DNA of 64,000 nt. It comes from Perkinsela sp. CCAP 1560/9. Its lineage: Eukaryota; Protista; Euglenozoa: Kinetoplastea. The position numbers were made by a program, and so were the translations under genes. Position 1 is the stretch's first letter, and each line of letters opens with the position of its first letter. The notes beneath the pieces are model-generated. The model made no database searches. It saw only the letters and a list, made by a program, of their open reading frames with translations, and was not told the DNA's origin. This document shows positions 21,990-33,995 of the stretch, in pieces. The stretch spans positions 175,555 through 239,554 of the forward strand of contig CBFFSA010000019.1 in assembly GCA_965644495.1 (NCBI GenBank), written 5' to 3'.

Positions 21990-22846
21990 TATTTGTGTAA
22001 GAAAAAACGGGAAATTTTAGTGAATTTTTTATTGTGCAACATTTTTAGAAATGGAAATTTTACTTTTGTTTTTTTGATCCAAATTCTAAACAAGAATTTT
22101 TTAGCCAACTTTGAGTAACAATGAGGGTGAAATAGAGGCCCTTGTCATTGGACACTATGCAGTTGTCCACTGCCATCCAGTGCCATCCAGTGCCATCCAA
22201 AACAGAGATATGAGCGAGGACCGAAGACCTTTTTTTTGATTTGGAGGACCCAAGAACTTTCCATTTCCGCCGGATGTTGTAGGACAAGTGATGGCCATGA
22301 TATGAAAAAGCGTCTAATGTCGGATTCAATTGTACTCATTTTTCAAAAACACGTCTTTTTCTTTGCTTTTGCAAAATAGAATATTTTCTCGGTCTCTTCT
22401 TGTGCGTCCTCTGTCATGTACATGTGCGGACCTGAGTTGAATTTTAAAGTGAAAGCATGATGGGACACACCAAAAACTTTTGAAGATTTTTTGCTTTGTG
22501 ACCGAAAAGAATGTCCTTACGATCACGAGGGTTGGAAAGTTCGTGACTCTGTTTCTAGTATTTGTTGGAGGCGATGTAAGCACGTAAGTTTTAGAAAAAG
22601 ATTGTCTCGACTACTGTGCCCCCCTAGTTATCTGTAACACGTCACCCCCCTAGTTATCTATCACTTTTTGGAACTTCGATTTTTTTTTTCGTCGACCTCA
22701 TAAAATGAAACTTACATTTTTTCTTTTTGTGTTTCAAGCCAATGGTCGTGCGTGGTGCTATTATAAACCGTTTCTGTAATTCCATGTTCTGACTTTTTTT
22801 GTGACAGACACCCTCCCTAGGTATCTGTCGCACACTGATCCGCCTA

Positions 22847-25303
22847 CCGTTACCCCCCCCTTACTTAGCCCCCACTTTTTGGCCCAAAACCCATACTTTG
22901 TGGTGAAGTAAGGGGGGGTGGGGGGGGGGGAAGTAAGGGGGGTGGTGAAGTAAGGGGGTGGTGAAGTAAGGGGGGTGGTGAAGTAAGGGGGGATTATTAA
23001 GTTGTCAAGTTCCTCCAGTAAAATCCTTATCGCCCGTCATGCTCACTTCAGGGTTGAACGAAACTTTCTGTTTCACGCTTGCCATAGTTCGGAAAGATCA
23101 TTGACTTTATAAAATGAATTAAAAGATCATTGACTTCTACAGAAAGTAACTAACATCATGAAAATACGCTACGCCCAAATTTAGTTTCTAATGTGCCGGC
23201 TTAAATATATAAAATAATGACAGAAAATATGATACCTATAGAGGCTTTGCAAGGCACTAAGTAGAACCACAGAAAAACTTAGATACGACGAATATTAAAA
23301 ACGGTGCTGTGGACGTAAAACGCTGGGGAAGGTGAGGTGCGCTAAGCCCCAACACTGCCGAAAATATATGCAGTGGCCCTGACCTGCGGCCATCGTTAGT
23401 GCTTTGCGCAGAAATTGTCACTCTCTTCCCCCTTTTCTTCAATTGCACACATGTGATGAAATTTCGTTAAACACCCAGGTTCACTACACTCGCGTAGAGT
23501 TAAATTCACTCGCGTGCAATAATAACACTCCTGTACTGGGGTTGCGTTAAGCGCTGAGTTCCTGTTACGCGCTGACTCTATCGCGGACTTCATGGCTTTC
23601 GCTGCGATTGTGGGACTAATTCGATTTTTTATAGGAACGCGCGTTGGCAGACGAGGGACCTGATTTGGTTCAAGAGATTCCTCGACAATGCTCAGTTGTG
23701 ATACGCGTGAAGCGATGGCTGATGCATCCACCATCGATTCCGTGATAACGCTTGAGGAGAGTCTGAGCTCGGCTCTGGATTCTATGGGAATCTGTGCGAG
23801 ATTTTTGGTAAGTGCTGGAACAAGCAACTTATTAAATTCGATTTCGTATTCTTCTGAATTCACTTTTGCCAGAGCCTGGGTGGCAAATTTTGTTATAAGA
23901 CTTCGCGTCGGCCGGACAATTTCATGATGCGTCGACGCACGCCATGAGGCAAAACACTCCTTGTAGTACTTTTTAAAAGGCTGGTTGATGGCCATATCCA
24001 TGAGCTGTCCTTTGGAAGTGCAACCTCCTGGAACGAATTGAACATCGATTTTTCTCTCACGAAAGAACAATAATAATTCCGCTGTCCGATGAGCAGCGTA
24101 CAGATCCAAAATAATAAGTGTCTTCCGCGGACGATACTTCATTCTGTCAAAGAATTCCGCTTCAGCCCATTTTTTAAATGACTCTCCTGTGTTCCACCCG
24201 CTTGTCGTTGTTGCCGTACAATTGTACTTTTCTGCCGCCCGTAGCACCTCTTTGGAAACCTTCCCAGAATCTGAATGGGCTTCCCAAATTAAGTGCGGAG
24301 GAAACACCTTATGCTCCCACGTGCTTTCTGCATGTTGGTTCGTAACAGAGCGGCCCCAAAACCACGCAGTCAGTGTCTTCTTCTCCTTCCCTGTAGTTAA
24401 AACCTTTACACGCTTTGTCCCTTTAGTGTCGTATGTGATTTCATTGACGGGCTCCCACACAACACAGGTCTCAGACCACAATTTCGCAGAGCTATCATAT
24501 TCAAAAAGGCTTCTATACGCTCGTCCATGTCTTTTGGGACCATTTGGGTTGCTCCATTGACTCTTCGTCGCGAAATATTGGCGAAGGTGCAAAAACGAAT
24601 CCAAAATTTTTCTTTTCCTTTGTCGGTAAGGGAACAGAAGTGCTCTGAAATTACAGCAAAGTACCCCAACATTGTCGGTTTCGTGACTGCCGAAAGAGAC
24701 TCGCGTAGCAAAAGCAGTTGCGTCAACCCTTTTTCATATAATTCTTTATTTGCTCGGGGGGGATGATACTGAAACAATTTCCCGAAGCCAAGTTGAGTAA
24801 ATTTATGCCAATCTTCTTTTTTCCGATAAACTCTATGAACCGTGCTTACCTCGACCTTGTAATCTCGGGCGGCCACGCTTACAGACTTGCCGGCATCTAT
24901 ACTAGCACATAGGTTGTTTTTTTGCTGTATGGTAAGATCCACCCGAACCTTCCGCGGCTGCTCAGCAAGCTGGTTAGATGCATTCAATATTAATGTGGTG
25001 GATGGCGTAGCTGAAGTATCATCGGGGAAGGGCAGTACGGCAACAGTTTCGTGTGGCAACGGTGAGGATAGAGTCACTTGGCTCGCGTTAAAGAATAGAA
25101 GTGGTGGGGCCATCGTGTATTGAATAAATATTGAAATCAATGAAAATTTACAGTTTCTGACCTGGGTTAACTATCATCACAGAGTAGGAATCGGGGGAAA
25201 ATTCTGGCACCCCCCTTACTTCACCACATACGGAGTGGCTAAATGTGGTGAAGTAAGGGGGGAGGTGAAGTAAGGGGGGAGGTGAAGTAAAGGGGGGTAA
25301 CGG
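22847..25303 (-). mobile_element. Inner nested element: pogo-like (Tc1/mariner superfamily) DNA transposon
   Basis: TIR CCGTTACCCCCCCCCTTACTT / AAGTAAAGGGGGGTAACGG; TA TSD at 22845-46 and 25304-05; GGTGAAGTAAGGGGG subterminal repeats; encodes a transposase. Confidence 0.85.
23396..25113 (-). pseudogene. Frameshifted pogo/DDE_1 transposase with C-terminal Cys/His zinc finger
   Basis: N-terminal HTH (LTIQQKNNLC..GKSVSVAARDYKVEVSTVHRV) in ORF 24406-25140. DDE_1 motifs ILDLYAAH and FVPGGCTS..QLMD..INQPFK in ORF 23396-24604. Frameshift near 24475, where the first catalytic D(ET) reads SET. Confidence 0.85.
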
Positions 25304-25920
25304 TAGTTATCTGTCACACCCCTACCCCCCCTAGTTATCTGTCACCTTTTCGCGAAAAGTAGTGACAGATAAGTAGGGGGGGTACAGTACTTCCTTACTT
25401 TCATTCAGATGTGCGCAAACCGTCCCACAAATTTTAGTTTTGGGTACTTGTAGTACACAAGTACATAAAAATTAGTCATCCAGTGCCATCCGCTGCCATC
25501 CAGTGCCATCCAAATCTTCATAGTGTCCATTTATACCCATGATGATCGGGATACCGAACACCATGATCCTCTGTACAAAACTTTGTGCAATAAAAATATT
25601 CGTGACTTTTTATTACGCAACAATTTCAAATGTTGCACAACGTCAGGGCACCAAATCCGACATTTTCGTGTGCGCACATAAGATGTGCACATAATCCTAC
25701 AGAACATAACCGGTGTTGAATGCGATCCTATCCGCACTACTCTTGCGACAGCTAAGGACCCCTTTGGGTCCGCAAATTACTTTTACGCATTTTTTATTCA
25801 TACAGGGTGATCAGCTAACTCTGGCGGGGGTCTAAGATTTGTGAACGTGTTTAACAATTTGCGATTTTTTTTGCTTCATTTCCTTTGCTCATTTATGCCA
25901 CAAAGACAGGTGCATTCACG

Positions 25921-28116
25921 TTTTTCGTAAACCCCATCGTCTTTGGTAAGACCATCGTTTTTAGTAATTATCGTTTTTGGTAAGACTATTGCTTTTGGTA
26001 AGACCATCGCTTTGGTAAAACCATCGTCTTTTGCAGGAATATCATCTTTTGTAAGACCATCGCTTTTGGTAGGACCATCACTTTTTATAAGAGCATCCTT
26101 TTTGGTACGCCCATCGTTTTTGGTAAGACCATCGTTTTTGGTAAGACCTTTTTTGGTAAGACCATCGTTTTTGGTAAGACCATCGTTTTTTGTAAGACCA
26201 TCGCTTTTGGTAAACCATCGTTTTTGGTAAGATCATCGCTTTTGGTAAGACCATTGTTTTTGGTAAGACCATCGTTTTTCGTAAGCCCATCGTTTTTTGC
26301 AAGACCATCGTTTTTGGTAACACCATCGTTTTTTGTAAGACCATCGTTTTTGGTAAACCATCGTTTTTGGTAAGACCATCGTTTTTGGCAAGACCATCGG
26401 TTTTGGTAAGACCATCGTTTTTGGTAAACCATAGTTTTTGATAAGACCATCGTTTTTGGTAAGATCATCGCTTTTGGTAAGACCATTGTTTTTGGTAAGA
26501 CCATCGTTTTTCGTAAGCCCATCGTTTTTTGCAAGACCATCGTTTTTGGTAACACCATCGTTTTTTGTAAGACCATCGTTTTTGGTAAACCATCGTTTTT
26601 GGTAAGACCATCGTTTTTGGCAAGACCATCGGTTTTGGTAAGACCATCGTTTTTGGTAAACCATAGTTTTTGATAAGACCATCGTTTTTGGTAAACCATG
26701 GTTTTTGATAAGACCATCGTTTTTGGTAAGACCATTTTTTTTTGGTAAGACCATCGTTCTTGGTAACACCATCGTTTTTTGTAAGACCATCGTTTTTTGT
26801 AAGACCATCGTTTTTGGTAAGACCTTCGTTTTTAGTAAGCATCGTTTTTGTTAAGACCATTCCTTTTGGTAACACCATCGTTTTTGGTAAGATCATCGCT
26901 TTTGGTAAACCATCGTTTTAGGTAGGATTATCGGTTTTGGTAAGACCATCGTTTTTGGTAAGACCATCGTTTTTCGTAAGCCCATCGTTTTTTGCAAGAC
27001 CATCGTTTTTGGTAACACCATCGTTTTTTGTAAGACCATCGTTTTTGGTAACACCATCGTTTTTTGTAAGACCATCGCTTTTGGTAAACCATCGTTTTTG
27101 GTAAGATCATCGCTTTTGGTAAGACCATCGTTTTTGGTAAGACCATCGTTTTTCGTAGGCCCATCGTTTTTTGCAAGACCATCGTTTTTGGTAACACCAT
27201 CGTTTTTTGTAAGACCATCGTTTTTTGCAAGACCATCGTTTTTGGTAACACCATCGTTTTTAGTAAGCATCGTTTTTGGTAACACCATCGTTTTTTGTAA
27301 GACCATCGTTTTTGGTAAACCATCGTTTTTGGTAAGACCATCGTTTTTGGTAACACCATCGGTTTTGGTAAGACCATCGTTTTTGGTAAACCATAGTTTT
27401 TGGTAAGACCATCGTTTTTGGTAAACCATCGTTTTTGATAAGGCCATCGTTTTTGGTAAGACCATCGTTTTTGGTAAGACCATCGTTTTTGGTAAGACCA
27501 TCGTTCTTGGTAACACCATCGTTTTTTGTAAGACCATCGTTTTTTGTAAGACCATCGTTTTTGGTAAGACCATCGTTTTTAGTAAGCATCGTTTTTGGTA
27601 AGACCATCGTTTTTAGTAAGGATCGTTTTTGTTAAGACCATTCCTTTTGGTAACACCATCGTTTTTGGTAAGACCATCGTTTTTGGTAAGACCATCGTTT
27701 TTGGTAAGATCATCGGTTTTGGTAACACCATCGTTTTTGGTAAGACCATCGTTTTTTGTAAGACCATCGTTTTTGGTAAGACCATCGTTTTAATAAGCAT
27801 CGTTTTTGGTAAGACCATCGTTTTTGGTAAACCATCGTTTTTCGTAAGCCCATCATTTTTGGTAACATCATCGTTTTTTGTAAAACCATCGTTTTTGGTA
27901 AACCATCGTTTTTGGTAAGACCATCGTTTTTGGTAAGACCATCGTTTTTGGTAAACCATCGTTTTTTGCAAGACCATCGTTTTTGGTAACACCATCGTTT
28001 TTGGTAAGCCCATCGTTTTTGGTAAAACCAACGCTTTTTATAAGACCATCGTTTTTGGTAAGACCATTGCTGTTGAGAAGCCATCGTTTTTCGTAACATC
28101 ATCTTTTTTGGTAGGC
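25921..28116. repeat. 18-bp satellite (GGTAAGACCATCGTTTTT)n, ~120 monomers
   Basis: Directly visible tandem 17-18-mers, degenerate at both edges; 232-bp higher-order duplication (26231 vs 26463). Confidence 0.95.
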
Positions 28117-28141
28117 CGCTGTGAGCACACAATCGACGGAA

Positions 28142-28204
28142 GCGTCCATACCCAAGTGGTTAAGGGGCCTGACTTGAAATCAGGTGTGTTCTCACGCGCA
28201 GGTT
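28142..28204 (+). pseudogene. Truncated tRNA-Ser(UGA), first array unit
   Basis: Identical to the tRNA up to GCAGGTT, then replaced by short duplications (TGTGTTCTCACGCGCAGG) and a deletion. Confidence 0.9.
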
Positions 28205-29450
28205 GACGCGTAGGATGTGTTCTCACGCGCAGGATGAAAGTCACGCTCAGGAAAAGTGTACCGCTTTTTAGAGCATCCTATCTCAAAATTCAAAATGACG
28301 TCAGATTTACCTCTTTCCGCCTGCACGGTGAAGGGGCGTTTTCAAAAATCTCTGGACGCGACGTTTGCATGACTTCCGTGCATGGCGTGCGTCGATTGCG
28401 AAACGCCAAACCAGCAAGCTATATCTCCTGAGTGGTCGTGCTTCGAGCGATATTTTCTGTAGAGATAGAGTTTTTCCGTTAGTCAGTATGATTGCGAAAC
28501 AAAACGTGGGTTTCGCCAGACCAGTTTTTGTCCGTTCTTCCCTGAATCAAATCTTCAAATTTTTTAACCCTTTCTACTTGATGAGTGTTCTGAGCGCTCT
28601 TATTTTGCTCCGATGTTTGCTTTGGGCACTCTTTTTACATGATTTCACTGATACTATAAGACTTCCCCTCTTCTAACGCAAGAATTTGTTGTCATCGGAC
28701 ATTCTTTTAGTCAAATCAATGCTTGATTGCACAAGCTTCCTGCATCTCAAGGGGGGGTTGTATTTCTCTATACCTCTTTCACTTTTCACCTGCTCTTCCA
28801 AGCAACAGGGTCACAGGGCGCGCGCGTATTGTAATAGTGTGGTGGAAAAACGTCGGTTTCACACGAAACTCGCATCCACCGTGCGACCCCATTCCGTGGA
28901 GAACGATCTTTGTTTTCTTCGATCGCACTGATTCCGTTAGATGCACAGAGCGTGATTTCACGTGAATCGAACAATTCCGCGAGATGTTTTACTTGGGGCA
29001 AAGCAGGGCAGCACATGAACAATGAAAACAGGACGCGCAATGGCGCGGAACACCTTCCACGTGACACCTTCCGAAACGCGTTCTGCACAATCCAGGTATA
29101 AAACAACGAATTTCTTCGCCCGGCCGTTGCAAAGACCCACCCCTTACCGATAGATTTCGTAGCTCTGCTCTAAACGTGAACGCATCGTGCTCAACCTCTC
29201 TTCCCGACTGTGTCATCGCAAAAATTGTATGTGTCACTTCTGGGCCGTTCGCATGGGCATGTGTTGGGCACACTCAAACCCCCATTGCATTCATCAATGC
29301 GACCTACGGTTGTGAATGTCGCCTTGCTTGGGGGGGGGGCTGTAAGGATCGTTAAGCGAGCGAAATCGGGGAGTTTCCATTATGACATGAATTAGCAAGG
29401 TAAAGTGCACCGCTATGGACACACAAAATTCGAGACACACCACGACGGAA

Positions 29451-29531
29451 GCGTCCATACCCAAGTGGTTAAGGGGCCTGACTTGAAATCAGGTGTGTTC
29501 TCACGCGCAGGTTCGAACCCTGCTGGGCGCG
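29451..29531 (+). tRNA. tRNA-Ser, anticodon TGA
   Basis: Acceptor GCGTCCA/TGGGCGC with G discriminator; anticodon arm CCTGA-CTTGAAA-TCAGG; long variable arm GTG-TTCT-CAC; T-arm GCAGG-TTCGAAC-CCTGC; followed by TTTTT terminator. Confidence 0.95.
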
Positions 29532-30936
29532 TTTTTGCGATTCTCTTCGTTCACAATCGTGTGGCCGCTTTTGGGCGCGCGCGAGAGATGCAACGTGAAT
29601 CGCAGAAGCAATGGTACATTTTAGGGTATTTTCTTTGCTGAAATGAAGTCTTTTTGGCCTGTGTAGCAGATGACGTTTTGGCGGCAGAGACGGTGAATGG
29701 GTAGATGGCCGTGCGCGTGTCAAATGTAAAAGCCCGAAAAGTGTACCGCTTTTTAGCGCATCATATCTTAAAATTCAAAATGACGTCAGATTTACCTCTT
29801 TCCGCCTGCACGGTGAAGGGGGGTTTTCAGATATCTCTGGACGCGACGTTTGCATGACTTCCGTGCATGGCGTGCGTCGATTGCGAAACGCCGAACCAGC
29901 AAGCTACACCTCCTGAGTGGTCGTGCTTCGCGCGATATTTTCTGTAGAGATAGAGTTTTTCCGTTAGTCAGTATGATTGCGAAACAAAACGTGGGTTTCG
30001 CCAGTCCACTTTTTGTCCGTTCTTCCCTGAATCAAATCTTAAACAATTTTAACCCTTTCTAATTGATGAGTGTTCTGATCGCTCGTGCTTTGCTCTGATA
30101 TTTGCTTTGGGCACTCTTTTCACATGATTTCACTGATACTATAAGACTTCCCCTCTTCTAACGCAAGAATTTGTTGTCATCGGACATTCTTTTAGTCAAA
30201 TCAATGCTTGATTGCACAAGCTTCCTGCATCTCAAGGGGGGGGTTGTATTTCTCTATACCTCTTTCACTTTTCACCTGCTCTTCCAAGCAACAGGGTCAC
30301 AGGGCGCGCGCGTATTGTAATAGTGTGGTGGAAAAACGTCGGTTTCACACGAAACTCGCATCCACCGTGCGACCCCATTCCGTGGAGAACGATCTTTGTT
30401 TTCTTCGATCGCACTGATTCCGTTAGATGCACAGAGCGTGATTTCACGTGAATCGAACAATTCCGCGAGATGTTTTACTTGGGGCAAAGCATGGCAGCAC
30501 ATGAACAATGAAAACAGGACGCGCAATGGCGCGGAACACCTTCCACGTGACACCTTCCGAAACGCGTTCTGCACAATCCAGGTATAAAACAACGAATTTC
30601 TTCGCCCGGCCGTTGCAAAGACCCACCCCTTACCGATAGATTTCGTAGCTCTGCTCTAAACGTGAACGCATCGTGCTCAACCTCTCTTCCCGACTATGTC
30701 ATCGCAAAAATTGTATGTGTCACTTCTGGGCCGTTCGCATGGGCATGTGTTGGGCACACTCAAACCCCCATTGCATTCATCAATGCGACCTACGGTTGTG
30801 AATGTCGCCTTGCTTGGGGGGGGGGCTGTAAGGATCGTTAAGCGAGCGAAATCGGGGAGTTTCCATTATGACATGAATTAGCAAGGTAAAGTGCACCGCT
30901 ATGGACACACAAAATTCGAGACACACCACGACGGAA

Positions 30937-31017
30937 GCGTCCATACCCAAGTGGTTAAGGGGCCTGACTTGAAATCAGGTGTGTTCTCACGCGCAGGTTC
31001 GAACCCTGCTGGGCGCG
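30937..31017 (+). tRNA. tRNA-Ser(TGA)
   Basis: Same sequence as the 29451 copy. Confidence 0.95.
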
Positions 31018-32426
31018 TTTTTGCGATTCTCTTCGTTCACAATCGTGTGGCCGCTTTTGGGCGCGCGCGAGAGACGCAACGTGAATCGCAGAAGCAATGG
31101 TACATTTTAGGGTATTTTCTTTGCTGAAATGAAGTCTTTTTGGCCTGTGTAGCAGATGACGTTTTGGCGGCAGAGACGGTGAATGGGTAGATGGCCGTGC
31201 GCGTGTCAAATGTAAAAGCCCGAAAAGTGTACCGCTTTTTAGCGCATCATATCTTAAAATTCAAAATGACGTCAGATTTACCTCTTTCCGCCTGCACGGT
31301 GAAGGGGGGTTTTCAGATATCTCTGGACGCGACGTTTGCATGACTTCCGTGCATGGCGTGCGTCGATTGCGAAACGCCGAACCAGCAAGCTACACCTCCT
31401 GAGTGGTCGTGCTTCGCGCGATATTTTCTGTAGAGATAGAGTTTTTCCGTTAGTCAGTATGATTGCGAAACAAAACGTGGGTTTCGCCAGTCCACTTTTT
31501 GTCCGTTCTTCCCTGAATCAAATCTTAAACAATTTTAACCCTTTCTAATTGATGAGTGTTCTGATCGCTCGTGCTTTGCTCTGATATTTGCTTTGGGCAC
31601 TCTTTTCACATGATTTCACTGATACTATAAGACTTCCCCTCTTCTAACGCAAGAATTTGTTGTCATCGGACATTCTTTTGGTCAAATCAATGCTTGATTG
31701 CACAAGCTTCCTGCATCTCAAGGGGGGGTTGTATTTCTCTATACCTCTTTCACTTTTCACCTGCTCTTCCAAGCAACAGGGTCACAGGGCGCGCGCGTAT
31801 TGTAATAGTGTGGTGGAAAAACGTCGGTTTCACACGAAACTCGCATCCACCGTGCGACCCCATTCCGTGGAGAACGATCTTTGTTTTCTTCGATCGCACT
31901 GATTCCGTTAGATGCACAGAGCGTGATTTCACGTGAATCGAACAATTCCGCGAGATGTTTTACTTGGGGCAAAGCATGGAAGCACATGAACAATGAAAAC
32001 AGGACGCGCAATGGCGCGGAACACCTTCCACGTGACACCTTCCGAAACGCGTTCTGCACAACCCAGGTATAAAACAACGAATTTCTTCGCCCGGCCGTTG
32101 CAAAGACCCACCCCTTACCGATAGATTTCGTAGCTCTGCTCTAAACGTGAACGCATCGTGCTCAACCTCTCTTCCCGACTATGTCATCGCAAAAATTGTA
32201 TGTGTCACTTCTGGGCCGTTCGCATGGGCATGTGTTGGGCACACTCAAACCCCCATTGCATTCATCAATGCGACCTACGGTTGTGAATGTCGCCTTGCTT
32301 GGGGGGGGGGGGGGGATGTAAGGATCGTTAAGCGAGCGAAATCGGGGAGTTTCCATTATGACATGAATTAGCAAGGTAAAGTGCACCGCTATGGACACAC
32401 AAAATTCGAGACACACCACGACGGAA

Positions 32427-32507
32427 GCGTCCATACCCAAGTGGTTAAGGGGCCTGACTTGAAATCAGGTGTGTTCTCACGCGCAGGTTCGAACCCTGCT
32501 GGGCGCG
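32427..32507 (+). tRNA. tRNA-Ser(TGA)
   Basis: Same sequence as the 29451 copy. Confidence 0.95.
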
Positions 32508-33914
32508 TTTTTGCGATTCTCTTCGTTCACAATCGTGTGGCCGCTTTTGGGCGCGCGCGAGAGACGCAACGTGAATCGCAGAAGCAATGGTACATTTTAG
32601 GGTATTTTCTTTGCTGAAATGAAGTCTTTTTGGCCTGTGTAGCAGATGACGTTTTGGCGGCAGAGACGGTGAATGGGTAGATGGCCGTGCGCGTGTCAAA
32701 TGTAAAAGCCCGAAAAGTGTACCGCTTTTTAGCGCATCATATCTTAAAATTCAAAATGACGTCAGATTTACCTCTTTCCGCCTGCACGGTGAAGGGGGGT
32801 TTTCAGATATCTCTGGACGCGACGTTTGCATGACTTCCGTGCATGGCGTGCGTCGATTGCGAAACGCCGAACCAGCAAGCTACACCTCCTGAGTGGTCGT
32901 GCTTCGCGCGATATTTTCTGTAGAGATAGAGTTTTTCCGTTAGTCAGTATGATTGCGAAACAAAACGTGGGTTTCGCCAGTCCACTTTTTGTCCGTTCTT
33001 CCCTGAATCAAATCTTAAACAATTTTAACCCTTTCTAATTGATGAGTGTTCTGATCGCTCGTGCTTTGCTCTGATATTTGCTTTGGGCACTCTTTTCCCA
33101 TGATTTCACTGATACTATAAGACTTCCCCTCTTCTAACGCAAGAATTTGTTGTCATCGGACATTCTTTTAGTCAAATCAATGCTTGATTGCACAAGCTTC
33201 CTGCATCTCAAGGGGGGGGTTGTATTTCTCTATACCTCTTTCACTTTTCACCTGCTCTTCCAAGCAACAGGGTCACAGGGCGCGCGCGTATTGTAATAGT
33301 GTGGTGGAAAAACGTCGGTTTCACACGAAACTCGCATCCACCGTGCGACCCCATTCCGTGGAGAACGATCTTTGTTTTCTTCGATCGCACTGATTCCGTT
33401 AGATGCACAGAGCGTGATTTCACGTGAATCGAACAATTCCGCGAGATGTTTTACTTGGGGCAAAGCATGGCAGCACATGAACAATGAAAACAGGACGCGC
33501 AATGGCGCGGAACACCTTCCACGTGACACCTTCCGAAACGCGTTCTGCACAATCCAGGTATAAAACAACGAATTTCTTCGCCCGGCCGTTGCAAAGACCC
33601 ACCCCTTACCGATAGATTTCGTAGCTCTGCTCTAAACGTGAACGCATCGTGCTCAACCTCTCTTCCCGACTATGTCATCGCAAAAATTGTATGTGTCACT
33701 TCTGGGCCGTTCGCATGGGCATGTGTTGGGCACACTCAAACCCCCATTGCATTCATCAATGCGACCTACGGTTGTGAATGTCGCCTTGCTTGGGGGGGGG
33801 GGGATGTAAGGATCGTTAAGCGAGCGAAATCGGGGAGTTTCCATTATGACATGAATTAGCAAGGTAAAGTGCACCGCTATGGACACACAAAATTCGAGAC
33901 ACACCACGACGGAA

Positions 33915-33995
33915 GCGTCCATACCCAAGTGGTTAAGGGGCCTGACTTGAAATCAGGTGTGTTCTCACGCGCAGGTTCGAACCCTGCTGGGCGCG
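33915..33995 (+). tRNA. tRNA-Ser(TGA)
   Basis: Same sequence as the 29451 copy. Confidence 0.95.

Larger units (their letters stand above)
22614..25387. mobile_element. Middle nested element: MITE with TA TSD
   Basis: CTGTGCCCCCCTAGTTATCTGT / ACAGATAAGTAGGGGGGGTACAG; TA at 22612-13 and 25388-89; internal CCTAGTTATCTGTCAC repeats. Confidence 0.75.
22150..25528. mobile_element. Outer nested element: non-autonomous DNA transposon with 3-bp TSD (PIF/Harbinger-like, tentative)
   Basis: TIR GGACACTATG / CATAGTGTCC; ATT on both flanks (22147-49, 25529-31); TGCCATCCAG subterminal repeats near both ends. Confidence 0.6.

Noticed and set aside
25921-28116. CRISPR-like array
   Set aside because: Monomers are contiguous with no unique spacers; no cas genes; eukaryotic context.
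25943-28132. MVLPKT / TKNDGL / QKRWSY repeat ORFs
   Set aside because: Three-frame read-outs of the 18-bp satellite, with frequent 17-bp frameshifting monomers.
29451-29531. Selenocysteine or opal-suppressor tRNA because of TGA
   Set aside because: TGA is the anticodon (reads UCA, Ser); a UGA reader would need anticodon TCA, and the stems are standard tRNA-Ser length.
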